Positions 1 through 10,296 of a stretch of DNA of 64,000 nt are shown one piece after another. The stretch is from an uncultured Propionivibrio sp. Lineage in GTDB: Bacteria > Pseudomonadota > Gammaproteobacteria > Burkholderiales > Rhodocyclaceae. Made by a program: the position numbers and the translations under genes. The stretch's first letter is position 1, and each line of letters starts with the position of its first letter. The stretch lies in assembly GCA_964485725.1 (NCBI GenBank), contig CAZALA010000003.1:537-64536 (forward strand), read 5' to 3'. Under the pieces are notes generated by a model. The model had not been told where the DNA came from and did not search any database. It saw only the letters and a list, made by a program, of their open reading frames with translations.

Positions 1-155
1 CCCGGCGCCGGCCAAAATCGGCGGCGCGCCGATGTCGCAAAAGGCGCGGCAAGCGCAGTCGCGCCAGAGCGCCCCCGCCGGCGCGATGGCGAGCGCCTTC
101 GCGCGGCTGAAGCGCTAGCGGCACCGCTGAGCGCGGCGCGGCTCTAAAAAGCGAA

Positions 156-236
156 CCACCAAGGCACCAAGTTCACGAAGGACCACCAAGAAACCCGTCT
201 TTCTTGGTGAAACTTGGTGTTCTTGGTGCCTTGGTG
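156..236. repeat. Palindromic REP-like element built of CACCAAG / CTTGGTG units
   Basis: CACCAAG-like units on the left arm, four CTTGGTG units on the right arm; lies just past the 3' end of the 272-1405 gene. Confidence 0.75.
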
Positions 237-271
237 ATGAATGTCTTTTAAACCTTCGCGGCCGAGCACGC

Positions 272-1405
272 CTACCAGCCGTAAAACCTAGGCCAGACTT
301 CGACGCTGCCGTCTTCCCGCAGCGCGTGATACTCGGGGTACTGCGCGGCGGTGGCGCAAGCGTGGTTGGGCAGGATGCGCAGGCGAGTGCCGACCGGCAA
401 GTGCGCGGCGATCCCGCGATCGGAATCGCCTTGGCGCGAAACGATGCCGTGCTCCTGGTTCGCCGCGCTCATCAGGTAGCCTGGCATCGGCTCGCCATTC
501 TCGTCGCAGACGAGGCCGTAAGCGAAATCACGCTTCTGCCCGGCGCTGCCGCGATCGCGGCTCATCGCCATCCAGCCGGCATCGACGATGGCCCAGCCTT
601 TTTCTTCCTGGTGACCGATCACCGTCGTGAGCACGCTCAAGGCGATGTCGGCGATGCGGCCGACGCCGACGTTGTGCATCACGAGATCGAAGAAGACATA
701 GACGCCGGCGCGAACTTCGCTGACGCCTTCGAGCTGCGTCGCGCTGAGCGCCGTCGGCGTCGAGCCGACGCTGACCACCGGACATGGCAGGCCCGCCTCG
801 CGCAGCTTTTGCGCCGCGCGCAGGCAAAGCGCGCGCTCGGCTTCGGCAAGCGCGGCGAGCGCCTCTGGCGTATCGAGCTCGTAGCTCGAACCGGCGTGCG
901 CCATGACGCCGCCGAGGCGCATCCCGCCTGTCACCAGCGTGCGCGCCACGGCGATGAGGCGCGCGTCGTCGGGAGCGATCCCCGAGCGGTGTCCGTCGAC
1001 GTCGACCTCGATCCACACTTCGAAGACTTCGCCGTGCGCGCGTCCGCAGGCGACGATCGCCTCAGCGGCAAGAACGCTGTCGGTGATGATCTTGAGCTCG
1101 CAGCCCGCCTGGCGCAGAGCCAGCGCCTGCGGCAGCTTGTCGGGCGAAATGCAGACCGCGTAGAGGATGTCGACGATACCCGCGGCATGAAACTCGGCGG
1201 CTTCCCTGAGCGTCGAGACGGTGATGCCGCGCGCGCCGGCCGCGAGCTGCGCGCGCACGACCGGAAGGCTTTTCGAGGTCTTGACGTGCGGCCTGAAGGC
1301 GACGCCGAGCGCATCCATGCGCCGCTGCATCGTCGCTATGTTCTGCGCCATGCGCGAAAGGTCAAGGAGCGCGGCCGGCGTGCCGATTCGGGAGCTTGCA
1401 GTCAT
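272..1405 (-). CDS. DSD1-family PLP-dependent enzyme (D-threo-3-hydroxyaspartate dehydratase-like)
   Basis: RPHVKT PLP-lysine motif, GSTPT, EVRAGVYVFFD, NQEHG, LPNHACAT; start set at ATG 1405 (MTASS), not the upstream ORF-track start. Confidence 0.88.
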   Translation of the reverse strand: MTASSRIGTPAALLDLSRMAQNIATMQRRMDALGVAFRPHVKTSKSLPVVRAQLAAGARGITVSTLREAAEFHAAGIVDILYAVCISPDKLPQALALRQAGCELKIITDSVLAAEAIVACGRAHGEVFEVWIEVDVDGHRSGIAPDDARLIAVARTLVTGGMRLGGVMAHAGSSYELDTPEALAALAEAERALCLRAAQKLREAGLPCPVVSVGSTPTALSATQLEGVSEVRAGVYVFFDLVMHNVGVGRIADIALSVLTTVIGHQEEKGWAIVDAGWMAMSRDRGSAGQKRDFAYGLVCDENGEPMPGYLMSAANQEHGIVSRQGDSDRGIAAHLPVGTRLRILPNHACATAAQYPEYHALREDGSVEVWPRFYGW

Positions 1406-1602
1406 CTTCAATGCTTTCGCAGGCGGCGCCGCGACGCGCCTCGTGAATAAAAACCTGCGGGCGATTATAGCGGATGCTCCGCGGCGAGACGGCCTGCGTG
1501 GCGCGCCAGCGCTGCCAGCTTGGCGCCACGGCGCCGGCAAGGTCGCGGGCTTGCCGTTTGCCCAACGAAGGGGTGAAGCGCATTCAACGCAGGAGGAAGC
1601 CA

Positions 1603-2178
1603 ATGAAACCGCGAAAGAGATCACCAGGTCCGCGACATTTTGCCCTGCTCGCCACGCTCGCGCTCGGCGCGGCACCGGCGCTGGCGGCGACCCCGGCGTG
1701 CGAGGCCGCCATGCGCAATTACGAGGAGTTGCGCTCGCGCTCGGTCATGGACGAAGCCGGCTACGCGAATTCAGCCGAAGCGCAGAGCGTGCAGCAGCTG
1801 TGCCACGGGCAACGTGGCCCTGCGCCGGCGGCCGCCGCGACGGGCACCCTGGGGACGACCCCGAACGTTGCGCCGCAAGCTGGCGGAAGCCAGACGCAGA
1901 CGCCGCCTTCGCCGCTCGCGACGACTCCGCCTTCTCCGATCAGCACGCCGGCCTCGCCGCTCAGTACGCCCGCTGCGCCGTCTTTACAGCCACCGGCGAA
2001 TACCGCGCTGCAGCCGCCGGCAAATACGACCCTGCAACCGGCCGCGGGCGCGACGGTCTCGGGCAGCGGCGGGCAAGCCGCGACGGGTTCAACCGGTTCG
2101 ACGGGTGCAACGAGCAGCGGCGGTAGCGCATCGTCGGGCGGCGGCACGGGCAACCCCGCCGCCGCGCGCCTGCGCTAA
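1603..2178 (+). CDS. Secreted Pro/Ala/Gly/Thr-rich hypothetical protein
   Basis: AGGAGG RBS before ATG 1603; signal-peptide-like N-terminus (..LALGAAPALA); low-complexity C-terminus. Confidence 0.65.
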   Translation: MKPRKRSPGPRHFALLATLALGAAPALAATPACEAAMRNYEELRSRSVMDEAGYANSAEAQSVQQLCHGQRGPAPAAAATGTLGTTPNVAPQAGGSQTQTPPSPLATTPPSPISTPASPLSTPAAPSLQPPANTALQPPANTTLQPAAGATVSGSGGQAATGSTGSTGATSSGGSASSGGGTGNPAAARLR

Positions 2179-2185
2179 GCGCCGG

Positions 2186-2352
2186 ACGGTGCAATACGGA
2201 TCGCTGCAATACGGCCAACGGTGCAATACGCTGCGCTATTGCACCCTATATTCTTTCTCCGAATGCGGGCTATGCCTGGCGCTGAGCACCGTATAGGGCG
2301 CAATAACCGAAGGGTCCCCCAAGGGGATTTCCTTCGGGGCACATTGCGCCGT
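2186..2352. repeat. Cluster of REP-like palindromes between convergent genes
   Basis: TGCAATACG three times; hairpin GGTGCAATA..TATTGCACC-CTATA (2219-2250); inverted partner TAGGGCGCAATAACCGAAGGG...CATTGCGCCG (2291-2352). Confidence 0.7.
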
Positions 2353-3008
2353 CAGCGCCAGGAAGCGAGTCGCTCGCCGATCTTGGCGACCCAGTTGGGT
2401 GAAAGCGCCGGATGCGCGGCGATCGCCTTGAGCGCGTGCGGGTCGGGGCGAGGCTCGCGCCAGAGCGCGAGAAACTTCGCAATCGTCAGCTGCTGCGGGT
2501 CTTTTTCGAGAATCGTCAGCTCGCATTGCGCAGCGGCCTGGCCTTCGCTGAGGACGCGGAAATACCAGCCGGTGAGGCCGGTCTGCGCGATGAACTGCAT
2601 CATGCCTTCGACGCCGAAGCGCCGGTCGATCTTCCAGCACGGCGTGCGCGGCTGAGAGACTTCGATCACCGCTTCGCCGAGGCGAAAGCGGTCGCCGATC
2701 GCAATATCGTCTTCGCTCCAGCCCTCTGCTGAAATGTTTTCGGCCTGCGCGCCGGGAACGAGCAGGCTCGCCGCTTGCGGAAAAGCCTCGGCAAGGCGCG
2801 CGTAGCTCGGCACCGCGTACTGGTGCAGCGCTTTTTCGGGGCCGCCGTGCACCCGGCGGTCGGCCTGGACGTCGCCGGCCAGACCCTCGCGCCCGACCCA
2901 CACCGGCGCCTCCAGCGGCGTCTTGTAAAACCCGGTCGGGACGCCGTCGGGTGCGAACTCGCGAATCTTGCCGGCGAAAAGCTGAGCCAGCTGACTGGAT
3001 TGAGCCAT
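2352..3008 (-). CDS. MOSC domain protein (YiiM-like)
   Basis: GD.QAD.RVHGGPEKA, AENIS, EVSQPRTPCWK, TGWYFRVL motifs. Confidence 0.9.
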   Translation of the reverse strand: MAQSSQLAQLFAGKIREFAPDGVPTGFYKTPLEAPVWVGREGLAGDVQADRRVHGGPEKALHQYAVPSYARLAEAFPQAASLLVPGAQAENISAEGWSEDDIAIGDRFRLGEAVIEVSQPRTPCWKIDRRFGVEGMMQFIAQTGLTGWYFRVLSEGQAAAQCELTILEKDPQQLTIAKFLALWREPRPDPHALKAIAAHPALSPNWVAKIGERLASWR

Positions 3009-3065
3009 TTTCAAGCTTTCAGAGGAAGGCAACCTCGCGCAACATACTTGCTCTGGCGCGCCGAT

Positions 3066-4049
3066 TCAAGCCTTGCGCGCGTGCAGTTCGAAACCCGAGA
3101 GGATGCCGAGCGCGATCTCGCTGCCCGAGCTTTCGCCGATCGCGAGCACGCGATCGAGCGCCTCCAGCATCGGCTCGGCGCGCTCGTCGATGAGCGCGCG
3201 GCAGAAGCCGACGAGGCTTTCGCGCACCTGCCCGCAGGCGGCATGGCGCAAGGCCGCGATGCTGATCGAGTTGGTTCGCCGTATCGCCGATGCGACGACC
3301 TGGGCGCCGATGCGGCGCCAGGCCGCGCCCGGACTCCCGGGAAGATTGAGGACGGCGAGCAGGCCGACGAGAAAATCGTCGCCCGCCGGGGTGAGGCCCG
3401 GGCCGAGGCCGACCAGGCGATCGACCTGCCGCTGCGCGGCAGCCTCGTCGCCCGCTTCGATCGCCAGGCAAAGGCCGGCACGGCCTTCGCGAAACTCGCC
3501 GATCAGCGTTTTTTCGAGATCCCCTGCGTTCGCTTCGCGCGCGGGCGCGAAGCCCGTGCCTGCAACGCCGATTCCGCGACCCTTGCTGGCAAGACGTCGG
3601 CGCGCGAGCGCAAGATTCTCCACGAGGCGGCTCGCGTCGACAGGATAGCGCGGCAAGCGGCAGGACCAGGGCTGCGCGTCGGCAACGCTCAGGCAATGGC
3701 CGTCGCCGAGGAAAACCTTTTCGCCCATGAAATGCACGGCGTGGCCGACGCGAAGATTGCAAAGCGCCCAGTCCTCGACGTCGGCGACGATCGTGTCGGG
3801 CGCGTTGTCACCGGCGCGCGCGCTGACCGTCAATAGCCGTCCATGGCCAGCGTTGCCGATCTCGACGTTGATGACGTGAGAAAAGACGCTGTGGATGCGA
3901 GCGCCCCGCCAGCGCCCGCGATCGGCGCCGAGCACCGCGTCGTCGGCCGAAATGGCCTCGATCAGCGCGCTCGAGCGCTGACTGCGCTCACGTCCCGGCT
4001 CGGCGCGACCTGCCTCCGGCGCCACGCCGGCCTCGTTCATTGCTCCCAT
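3066..4049 (-). CDS. DUF2877 / YlbF (AllH)-family protein
   Basis: LVGLGPGLTPAGDDFLVG signature and C-terminal G.SSG.E...G; divergent from fdrA; start uncertain (4040 or 4049). Confidence 0.8.
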   Translation of the reverse strand: MGAMNEAGVAPEAGRAEPGRERSQRSSALIEAISADDAVLGADRGRWRGARIHSVFSHVINVEIGNAGHGRLLTVSARAGDNAPDTIVADVEDWALCNLRVGHAVHFMGEKVFLGDGHCLSVADAQPWSCRLPRYPVDASRLVENLALARRRLASKGRGIGVAGTGFAPAREANAGDLEKTLIGEFREGRAGLCLAIEAGDEAAAQRQVDRLVGLGPGLTPAGDDFLVGLLAVLNLPGSPGAAWRRIGAQVVASAIRRTNSISIAALRHAACGQVRESLVGFCRALIDERAEPMLEALDRVLAIGESSGSEIALGILSGFELHARKA

Positions 4050-4508
4050 CTTCGCCTGCTTTCTCGCCGCCCTCTTGTCGTTCGAAAGATTCCAAAAGCG
4101 AACCGCCATTGCCCCACTTCGCTCCGCGGCGCCCGCCACCCAAAGCCCGCGCATCATAGCCGCGATCTTCCCGCAGGGAAACGCCAGCAAGGACCACCTT
4201 GAAAATCGCCTGCAGGCAGCATTCTGCCGCAAGCGGCGGCCGCCTTCCGCGCCGATTTCGCCGCTATTGATTGAATCTTTCGCACAATCGCCGCCGAGCT
4301 TCCCGGGCGCGGCTCGTTGGCGCCGCCGATGTGCCAGAGAGCGGGCATGTTTGCCGGGTTTCGGACTTTTCGACGGCCACCCTGCCGTGCCGGGACGGCG
4401 CTGGAACTCTCGCGGCGAGGCGTGACATACTGCCGTCAGCCGATCGCCTGGGCGAGCTTGACGGCGCGCCGGGAAAGAACAAGCCGCACAACCACAGGAG
4501 AAGCAGCA

Positions 4509-6191
4509 ATGTTGCAAGCCACCCTGCTCAAGGGCCACTTCCAGGATTCAGTGACGCTGATGGTGCTGTCGCGCGACCTCTCGGCGCTCGATTCGGTCAG
4601 GCGCGTTTCGGTGATGATGGGAACGCCGGCCAACAAGGACGTCTATCGCGAGACCGGGCTCTGGCACGAGGCGCTCGCGAGCGCAACGCCCAACGACCTG
4701 TGCATCGTCGTCGACAGTTCGGGCGAAGACCCGGCGATCGTCGAGACGATCGCGACGCAGGCCAAAACCCGCCTCGAAGAGATCGGCCGCAGCCACCGCA
4801 AGGCCTCGTATCCGGTAGCGCGAAGCTGGCGCCGGGCGCGCGAACTGATGCCCGACGCCGGGCTTGCGCTGATCTCGATCGCCGGGCACTACGCGCACAC
4901 GCCGGCGCGGCAGGCGATCGAAGACGGTTGCAACGTGATGATTTTCTCCGACAACGTTGCGCTCGAACGCGAGATCGAACTCAAAACGCTGGCGCGCAGC
5001 AAAGGGCTGATCGTCATGGGCCCGGACTGCGGCACGGCGATCATCGCCGGCGCGCCGCTCGCTTTCGCCAACCGCATTCCGGCCGGCTCGATCGCGGTCG
5101 TCGGCGCGTCGGGGACCGGCGTCCAGGAAGTCACTTCGCAAATCGCCCTGCTCGGCGGCGGCATCACGCACGCCATCGGCCTCGGCGGTCGCGACCTCTC
5201 CGAGCGCGTCGGCGGCATCAGCGCGACGAGCGCGCTCGACTTCGTCGCGCGCGACCCGGCAAGCCGCGTCATCTGTTTTCTTTCCAAGCCGCCGGCCGCT
5301 TCGATCCGGGACAAGATCCTCGCGCAAATGAAAGCGCTCGGCAAACCCGTCGTCGCGCTTTTTGTCGGCGAGCGTTCGCTGCGGCGCAGCGAAGGCAACG
5401 TGCATTTCGTGCAAACGCTCGACGAAGCCGCGGCGCTCGCTTTTGAACTCTCCTGCCTCGATGCGCTGGCCGTTGCGCTGCCCGTGGTCGCCGGCAAGGC
5501 GATCTGCGGCCTCTACTGCGGCGGCACGCTCGCCGCCGAGGCGGCGATCCTGCTCGGCGAAAACCTCGGCGTCGAGTTCAGCGAGGCCGAAAAGGCGCAC
5601 GAAAACGGCGTCATGCTCGCCAATGGCGCACACCGCATCATCGACCTTGGCGACGACAGCTACACGCGCGGCCGGCCGCACCCGATGATCGATCCTTCGA
5701 TCCGCAACGAGACGATCGCGCGCCTCGCCGTCGACCCGGCGATCGGCGTCCTCCTTATCGACATCGTCCTGGGGTTTGGCGGCCACATGGACCCCGCCGG
5801 TGAAGTCGCGCGCGCCATCACGGAGCTGCGCGCCAAACGTAACGAAGCTGGCGAAGGCTCGCCGCTCGTCGTCGTCGCCAACCTGACCGGCACCGCCGGC
5901 GACCCGCAGGACCGCGCTGGACAGGCGAGCAAGCTCGAGGAAGCCGGCATCGTCATCGCGCACAGCGTGCGCTCGGCGGTGCTTCTGGCGAGCCGGCTGA
6001 TCGAGAAAGCACCGGCGCCTGGCGGGCAAATACCGGCGCTGCTCGCAACGGCGCCCGCGATCATCAATATCGGCCTGCGCGGCTTTGCCGACGAATTGCA
6101 CGCCAACGGCGTCAAGGTCGCGCACCTGCAATGGGAACCAGCCGCCGGCGGCGACGAGCGCCTGCAGGCGCTGCTCGCCCAGCTCAAATAA
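4509..6191 (+). CDS. fdrA: FdrA/YahF (AllF) acyl-CoA-synthetase-like protein
   Basis: FQDSVTLM, MMGTPANK, FSDNV, MGPDCGT, GASGTG, GRPHPMIDP motifs; GGAG RBS before ATG 4509. Confidence 0.9.
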   Translation: MLQATLLKGHFQDSVTLMVLSRDLSALDSVRRVSVMMGTPANKDVYRETGLWHEALASATPNDLCIVVDSSGEDPAIVETIATQAKTRLEEIGRSHRKASYPVARSWRRARELMPDAGLALISIAGHYAHTPARQAIEDGCNVMIFSDNVALEREIELKTLARSKGLIVMGPDCGTAIIAGAPLAFANRIPAGSIAVVGASGTGVQEVTSQIALLGGGITHAIGLGGRDLSERVGGISATSALDFVARDPASRVICFLSKPPAASIRDKILAQMKALGKPVVALFVGERSLRRSEGNVHFVQTLDEAAALAFELSCLDALAVALPVVAGKAICGLYCGGTLAAEAAILLGENLGVEFSEAEKAHENGVMLANGAHRIIDLGDDSYTRGRPHPMIDPSIRNETIARLAVDPAIGVLLIDIVLGFGGHMDPAGEVARAITELRAKRNEAGEGSPLVVVANLTGTAGDPQDRAGQASKLEEAGIVIAHSVRSAVLLASRLIEKAPAPGGQIPALLATAPAIINIGLRGFADELHANGVKVAHLQWEPAAGGDERLQALLAQLK

Positions 6192-6238
6192 CGCCGATCA
6201 AGATTCCGATTCTTTGCGAAAAAATGGAGAAGCCCAGG

Positions 6239-7507
6239 ATGTATGCAAGCCTTAACGAAGCCAACGCGGCGGTGATTGCCGAAATCAAGCGCGCGCGACC
6301 CCAGCTCATCGACGTCAGGCCGGCCGCCGACTGCATCCCGGCCCTGCGCGAAGGCCGCACCCTGCTGCACGCGGGGCCGCCGATCGAATATGGCGACATG
6401 ACCGGGCCGATGCAGGGCGCCGTCCTCGGCTGCTGCCTGTTCGAAGGCTGGGCGACGAGTGCGGCGGCCGCCGAAGACCTCGCGGCTTCGGGCAAGATTC
6501 GTTTCCTGCCCTGCCACGATAATTCCGCAGTCGGCCCGATGGGCGGCATCACCTCGGCGCACATGCCGGTCCTCGTTGTGAAGAACGCCGAGCAGGGCAA
6601 CCTTGCCTACTGCAACCTCAACGAAGGCATCGGCAAGGTCATGCGCTTTGGCGCTTTCGAAGGCGAAGTGCAGACGCGGCTGGCCTGGATGCGCGATGTC
6701 CTCGCGCCGGTGCTCTCGGCAGCGCTCGCGCGCATCGACGGCGGCGTCAATCTGACGGCGCTGATGGCGCAGGCGATCACCATGGGCGACGAATTCCACC
6801 AGCGCAATATCGCCGCGTCTTCGCTCCTGATGAAGACCCTCGCGCCGCACATCGTCGCGAGCGGCGCCGCGCAGAAGGCGCAGGAAGAGGTGATGGGCTT
6901 CCTCGCGCGTACCGACCAGTTCTTCCTCAACGTCGCGATGGCTTATTGCAAGTGCGCGATGGACGCCGGCGCCGTAATTCGCGCCGGGACGATCGTCACC
7001 GCGATGACGCGCAATGGCCGCGACTTCGCCATTCGCGTCAGCGCGCTTGGCGAGCGCTGGTTCATGGCGCCCGTCAATACGCCGGTCGGCCTCTTCTTCA
7101 CCGGTTACTCGCAGGACGACGCCAATCCCGACTTCGGCGACAGCGCGATCACCGAAACGCTCGGCATCGGCGGTGCCGCGATGATCGCCGCGCCCGGCGT
7201 CACGCGTTTTGTCGGCGCCGGCGGTTTTGCCGACGCGCTCGAAATCTCCGAGGAAATGCGCGAGATTTACGTCGATACGAACCCGCTCTTCCAGATTCCG
7301 ACCTGGGACTTCCAGGCCGCCTGCCTCGGACTCGACGTGCGCCGCGTCGTCGAAACCGGCATCACGCCGCTCATCAACACCGGCATCGCGCATCGCAAGG
7401 CTGGCATTGGGCAGGTCGGAGCGGGTACAGTACGCGCGCCGCTCGGCTGTTTTGAAAAGGCATTAGTAGCACTCGTTGAAAACCAACAGGGAGAGAAGCA
7501 AGCATGA
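6239..7507 (+). CDS. DUF1116 / YlbE-YahG (AllG)-family protein
   Basis: LLHAGPP, AVGPMGG, MGDEFHQRN, GDSAITE, INTGIAH..AG.GQ.GAG motifs. Confidence 0.88.
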   Translation: MYASLNEANAAVIAEIKRARPQLIDVRPAADCIPALREGRTLLHAGPPIEYGDMTGPMQGAVLGCCLFEGWATSAAAAEDLAASGKIRFLPCHDNSAVGPMGGITSAHMPVLVVKNAEQGNLAYCNLNEGIGKVMRFGAFEGEVQTRLAWMRDVLAPVLSAALARIDGGVNLTALMAQAITMGDEFHQRNIAASSLLMKTLAPHIVASGAAQKAQEEVMGFLARTDQFFLNVAMAYCKCAMDAGAVIRAGTIVTAMTRNGRDFAIRVSALGERWFMAPVNTPVGLFFTGYSQDDANPDFGDSAITETLGIGGAAMIAAPGVTRFVGAGGFADALEISEEMREIYVDTNPLFQIPTWDFQAACLGLDVRRVVETGITPLINTGIAHRKAGIGQVGAGTVRAPLGCFEKALVALVENQQGEKQA

Positions 7508-8880
7508 ATACCACCAGCAGTTCAGCAAGCACCGCCGCGGCCGGGGGAATGAGCCGCAATACGACGATCTTCGTGGCGCTCGCCGCCTGCCTGGGTCTTG
7601 CCTTCGTCGCACGCTCGATGCCGGGTAGCGGCGTTGCGCAGGCGATCGGCGTTCTGCCGATCCTGCTCATCCTGGCGCTGCTCTTCATGCAGGTGAACAT
7701 GCTGATCGCCGCGCTCGCCGGCGGCGTCATGGCGATGGTCATCGGCGGCATTGGTCTCGTCGATGCCAACAAGGGCCTCACCGAAGCGGTTCCGAAGATG
7801 CTCTCGATCACCGTCCCGATCGTCAATTCGGCGATCGCGATGGCCGTGTTCAAGGCCGGCGGCTACGCCTCGGCGCTGACGCTCGTGCGCCGCAGCATCG
7901 GCACCCGCGTCGAGTACGTCGGCGCCTTCATCGTCATCCTGCAGGCAGCGGCCACCTACATGTCGGGGATCGGCGGCGGCAGCGCGATGGTCATCGCGCC
8001 GCTCGCGTACGCCGCGGTCGGCGGCATCCCGGCGGTCATCGCCGGCATGTCGATCGCAGCGGCGGTGTCGTTTACGACTTCGCCCGCTTCGCTTGAGTCC
8101 TCGGTCGTCTCGCAGTTCACGAAAGTGCCGGTCGGCGAATACGTCGCGCTGATGCAGCCGTACTGGCTGATCTTCTGCGCCATCGCGATCGCCATCGCCT
8201 TCATCGGAACGAAACGCGCCAAGACGCTGTTCCACGGGGAAGAGTCCGAGGAGCTCAAGGCGCTTTCGAACGCCGAACTGTGGAAGCGCACGATCCCGGC
8301 GATCTTCCTGCTCTTCGCGGTCATCGTCGGCCCCTTCATCAACAAGGCCGTCGGCAACCCGGTGCTCGGCCCGGTCGCCTACACCGTGATCACCATCGCC
8401 CTCGTCTATTTCTGCAGCAAGTTCACGCTCAACGAGTCGGTCGACGCGATGATCGACGGTTCGTCCTACATCCTGACGCGCCTGTTCCAGGTCGGCCTTT
8501 TCCTGATCTTCATCGGCATCATCGAAAAGACCGGCGCTTTCGCGACGATTGCCGGCCTCGTCAAGATGGCGCCGACGGCGCTCGTCGTTCCGGCGGCGGT
8601 GCTCGCAGGCTTTGCCATCGGCTTCCCGGCCGGCGCCTACGTCGGCTCGATCCTCGTCCTCATCCTGCCAATCGCCGTCGCGCTGGGCTTTTCCCCGCTC
8701 GCCGTCGGTTTCGTCACGATCGGCGTCGGTTTCGGCAGCCAGGTCTCGCTCGTCAATATCACGATGCAGGCGCTCTCGGCCGGTTTCCGCATCCCGGTGA
8801 TCGAGGTCTCGAAGGGCAACGCGCCTTACGTCTTGAGCTGCCTCGCGCTCCTCGTCGTGATGTCCTTCGTTCTCGTCTGA
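7504..8880 (+). CDS. Multi-pass membrane permease (ion-transporter superfamily-like)
   Basis: About 12 hydrophobic segments; ATGA overlap with the upstream gene. Confidence 0.75.
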   Translation: MNTTSSSASTAAAGGMSRNTTIFVALAACLGLAFVARSMPGSGVAQAIGVLPILLILALLFMQVNMLIAALAGGVMAMVIGGIGLVDANKGLTEAVPKMLSITVPIVNSAIAMAVFKAGGYASALTLVRRSIGTRVEYVGAFIVILQAAATYMSGIGGGSAMVIAPLAYAAVGGIPAVIAGMSIAAAVSFTTSPASLESSVVSQFTKVPVGEYVALMQPYWLIFCAIAIAIAFIGTKRAKTLFHGEESEELKALSNAELWKRTIPAIFLLFAVIVGPFINKAVGNPVLGPVAYTVITIALVYFCSKFTLNESVDAMIDGSSYILTRLFQVGLFLIFIGIIEKTGAFATIAGLVKMAPTALVVPAAVLAGFAIGFPAGAYVGSILVLILPIAVALGFSPLAVGFVTIGVGFGSQVSLVNITMQALSAGFRIPVIEVSKGNAPYVLSCLALLVVMSFVLV

Positions 8881-8900
8881 AGCCGCAAAGGAAAGCGAAA

Positions 8901-10124
8901 ATGAATCTGATCTTTCGCAAAGTCCGCCTTGGCGACGATGCACCGCTCACCGACGTCGCCATCGCCGGCGGCAAGATCGCCGACATCGGTCCCGATCTTG
9001 CCTGCAAAGGCGAGAAGGAAATCGACGCCGCCGGTCGCGTGCTCATCCCGGGTCTCATCGAAAGCCATCTGCATCTCGAGAAGGCCTACGTCATGGACCG
9101 CAAGCCGAACCGCTCGGGAACGCTCATGGAGGCGATCGCGGTGACCGCCGCCCTGAAGCCGACTTTCACGCGCGAGGACATCGAAGCGCGCGCGCGCCGC
9201 GTCATCAAACAGCTCGTCACCTGCGGCAGCACGCACGTGCGCGCGCACGCCGAGTTCGACCCGGCGCAGGGTTTCACGGGCTTCGACACGGTCCTCGACC
9301 TCAAGCGCGAGTACGCCGATGTCATCGACATCCAGGTCGTCGCTTTCCCGCAGGAAGGCATCATCAAGACGCCGGGAACCGACGCGATGATGCGTGAGGC
9401 GATGAAGAAGGGCGCCGACGTCGTCGGCGGCATCCCGTACAACGATACGAGCGCCAATGAGCACATCGACTGGGTCTTCCGCCTGGCCAAGGACTTCGAC
9501 AAGGACCTCGACTTTCACCAGGACTTCAAGGACGACGCCGACGCGATGTCGATCGAGTACCTGGCGCGGCAGACGATCGCCAACAGGTACGAGGGCCGCG
9601 TCAGCGTCGGCCACCTCACCGCGCTCGGCGCCGCCGACCTCAAGCGGCGCGACGAGATCATCGCGCTCTTGCGCGACGCCGGCATCTCGGTGATGGTGCT
9701 GCCGGCAACCGACATGCACTTGGGCGGCCGCAAGGATACGATCAACGTCAGGCGCACGCTCGCACCGGTGCGCGCGCTGCGCGACGGCGGCGTCAATGTC
9801 TGCCTTGCGACCAACAACATCCGCAACGCCTTCACGCCCTACGGCACCGGCGATCTCCTCAACATCGCCGCGCTCGCCTTGCCGGCTTGCCACCTGGGCG
9901 GCGCCGATGACCAGCCGACGGTGCTGCCGATGCTGACGACGAACCCGGCGCGCGCGCTGGGTCTGGCCAACTACGGCATCGGCGTCGGCAAGGACGCCGA
10001 CCTCGTCCTGCTCGACACGCAGCGCGTCGCCGACGTCATCCTCGACCAGCCGGTGCGCTCCTTCGTCGTCAAGCGCGGACGCATCGTCGCGCAGACGCGC
10101 AAGGAGACCGAAGTGGCGTTTTAG
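8901..10124 (+). CDS. Amidohydrolase-family metal-dependent deaminase (cytosine deaminase/YahJ-like)
   Basis: PGLIESHLHLEK, IQVVAFPQEG, VSVGH, NNIRNAFTPYG, NPARALG motifs. Confidence 0.85.
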   Translation: MNLIFRKVRLGDDAPLTDVAIAGGKIADIGPDLACKGEKEIDAAGRVLIPGLIESHLHLEKAYVMDRKPNRSGTLMEAIAVTAALKPTFTREDIEARARRVIKQLVTCGSTHVRAHAEFDPAQGFTGFDTVLDLKREYADVIDIQVVAFPQEGIIKTPGTDAMMREAMKKGADVVGGIPYNDTSANEHIDWVFRLAKDFDKDLDFHQDFKDDADAMSIEYLARQTIANRYEGRVSVGHLTALGAADLKRRDEIIALLRDAGISVMVLPATDMHLGGRKDTINVRRTLAPVRALRDGGVNVCLATNNIRNAFTPYGTGDLLNIAALALPACHLGGADDQPTVLPMLTTNPARALGLANYGIGVGKDADLVLLDTQRVADVILDQPVRSFVVKRGRIVAQTRKETEVAF

Positions 10125-10138
10125 CGTTCGCACTCAAG

Positions 10139-10228
10139 CGTCCACCGCCAAGGCGCAAAGCGGCAAAGGTCGCGCAAAGGAAAACCTTTGCGTGGCCTTT
10201 TTTCTTCTTCGCGCCGTTGCGGTGGACG
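10139..10228. repeat. Long imperfect hairpin (REP-like; possible terminator)
   Basis: Outer arms CGTCCACCGC / GCGGTGGACG; inner CGCAAAGG-AAAA-CCTTTGCG. Confidence 0.65.
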
Positions 10229-10296
10229 GCCGCTTTTTCCCTTAGAATCGTCGTTTCCTTCAAACGCGCCCGGCACGGGCCGGAGAAGACTGCGCA

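Noticed and set aside
2186-2250. Mini CRISPR array from the TGCAATACG repeats
   Set aside because: The repeats are only 9-12 bp with very short spacers; better explained as degenerate REP copies.
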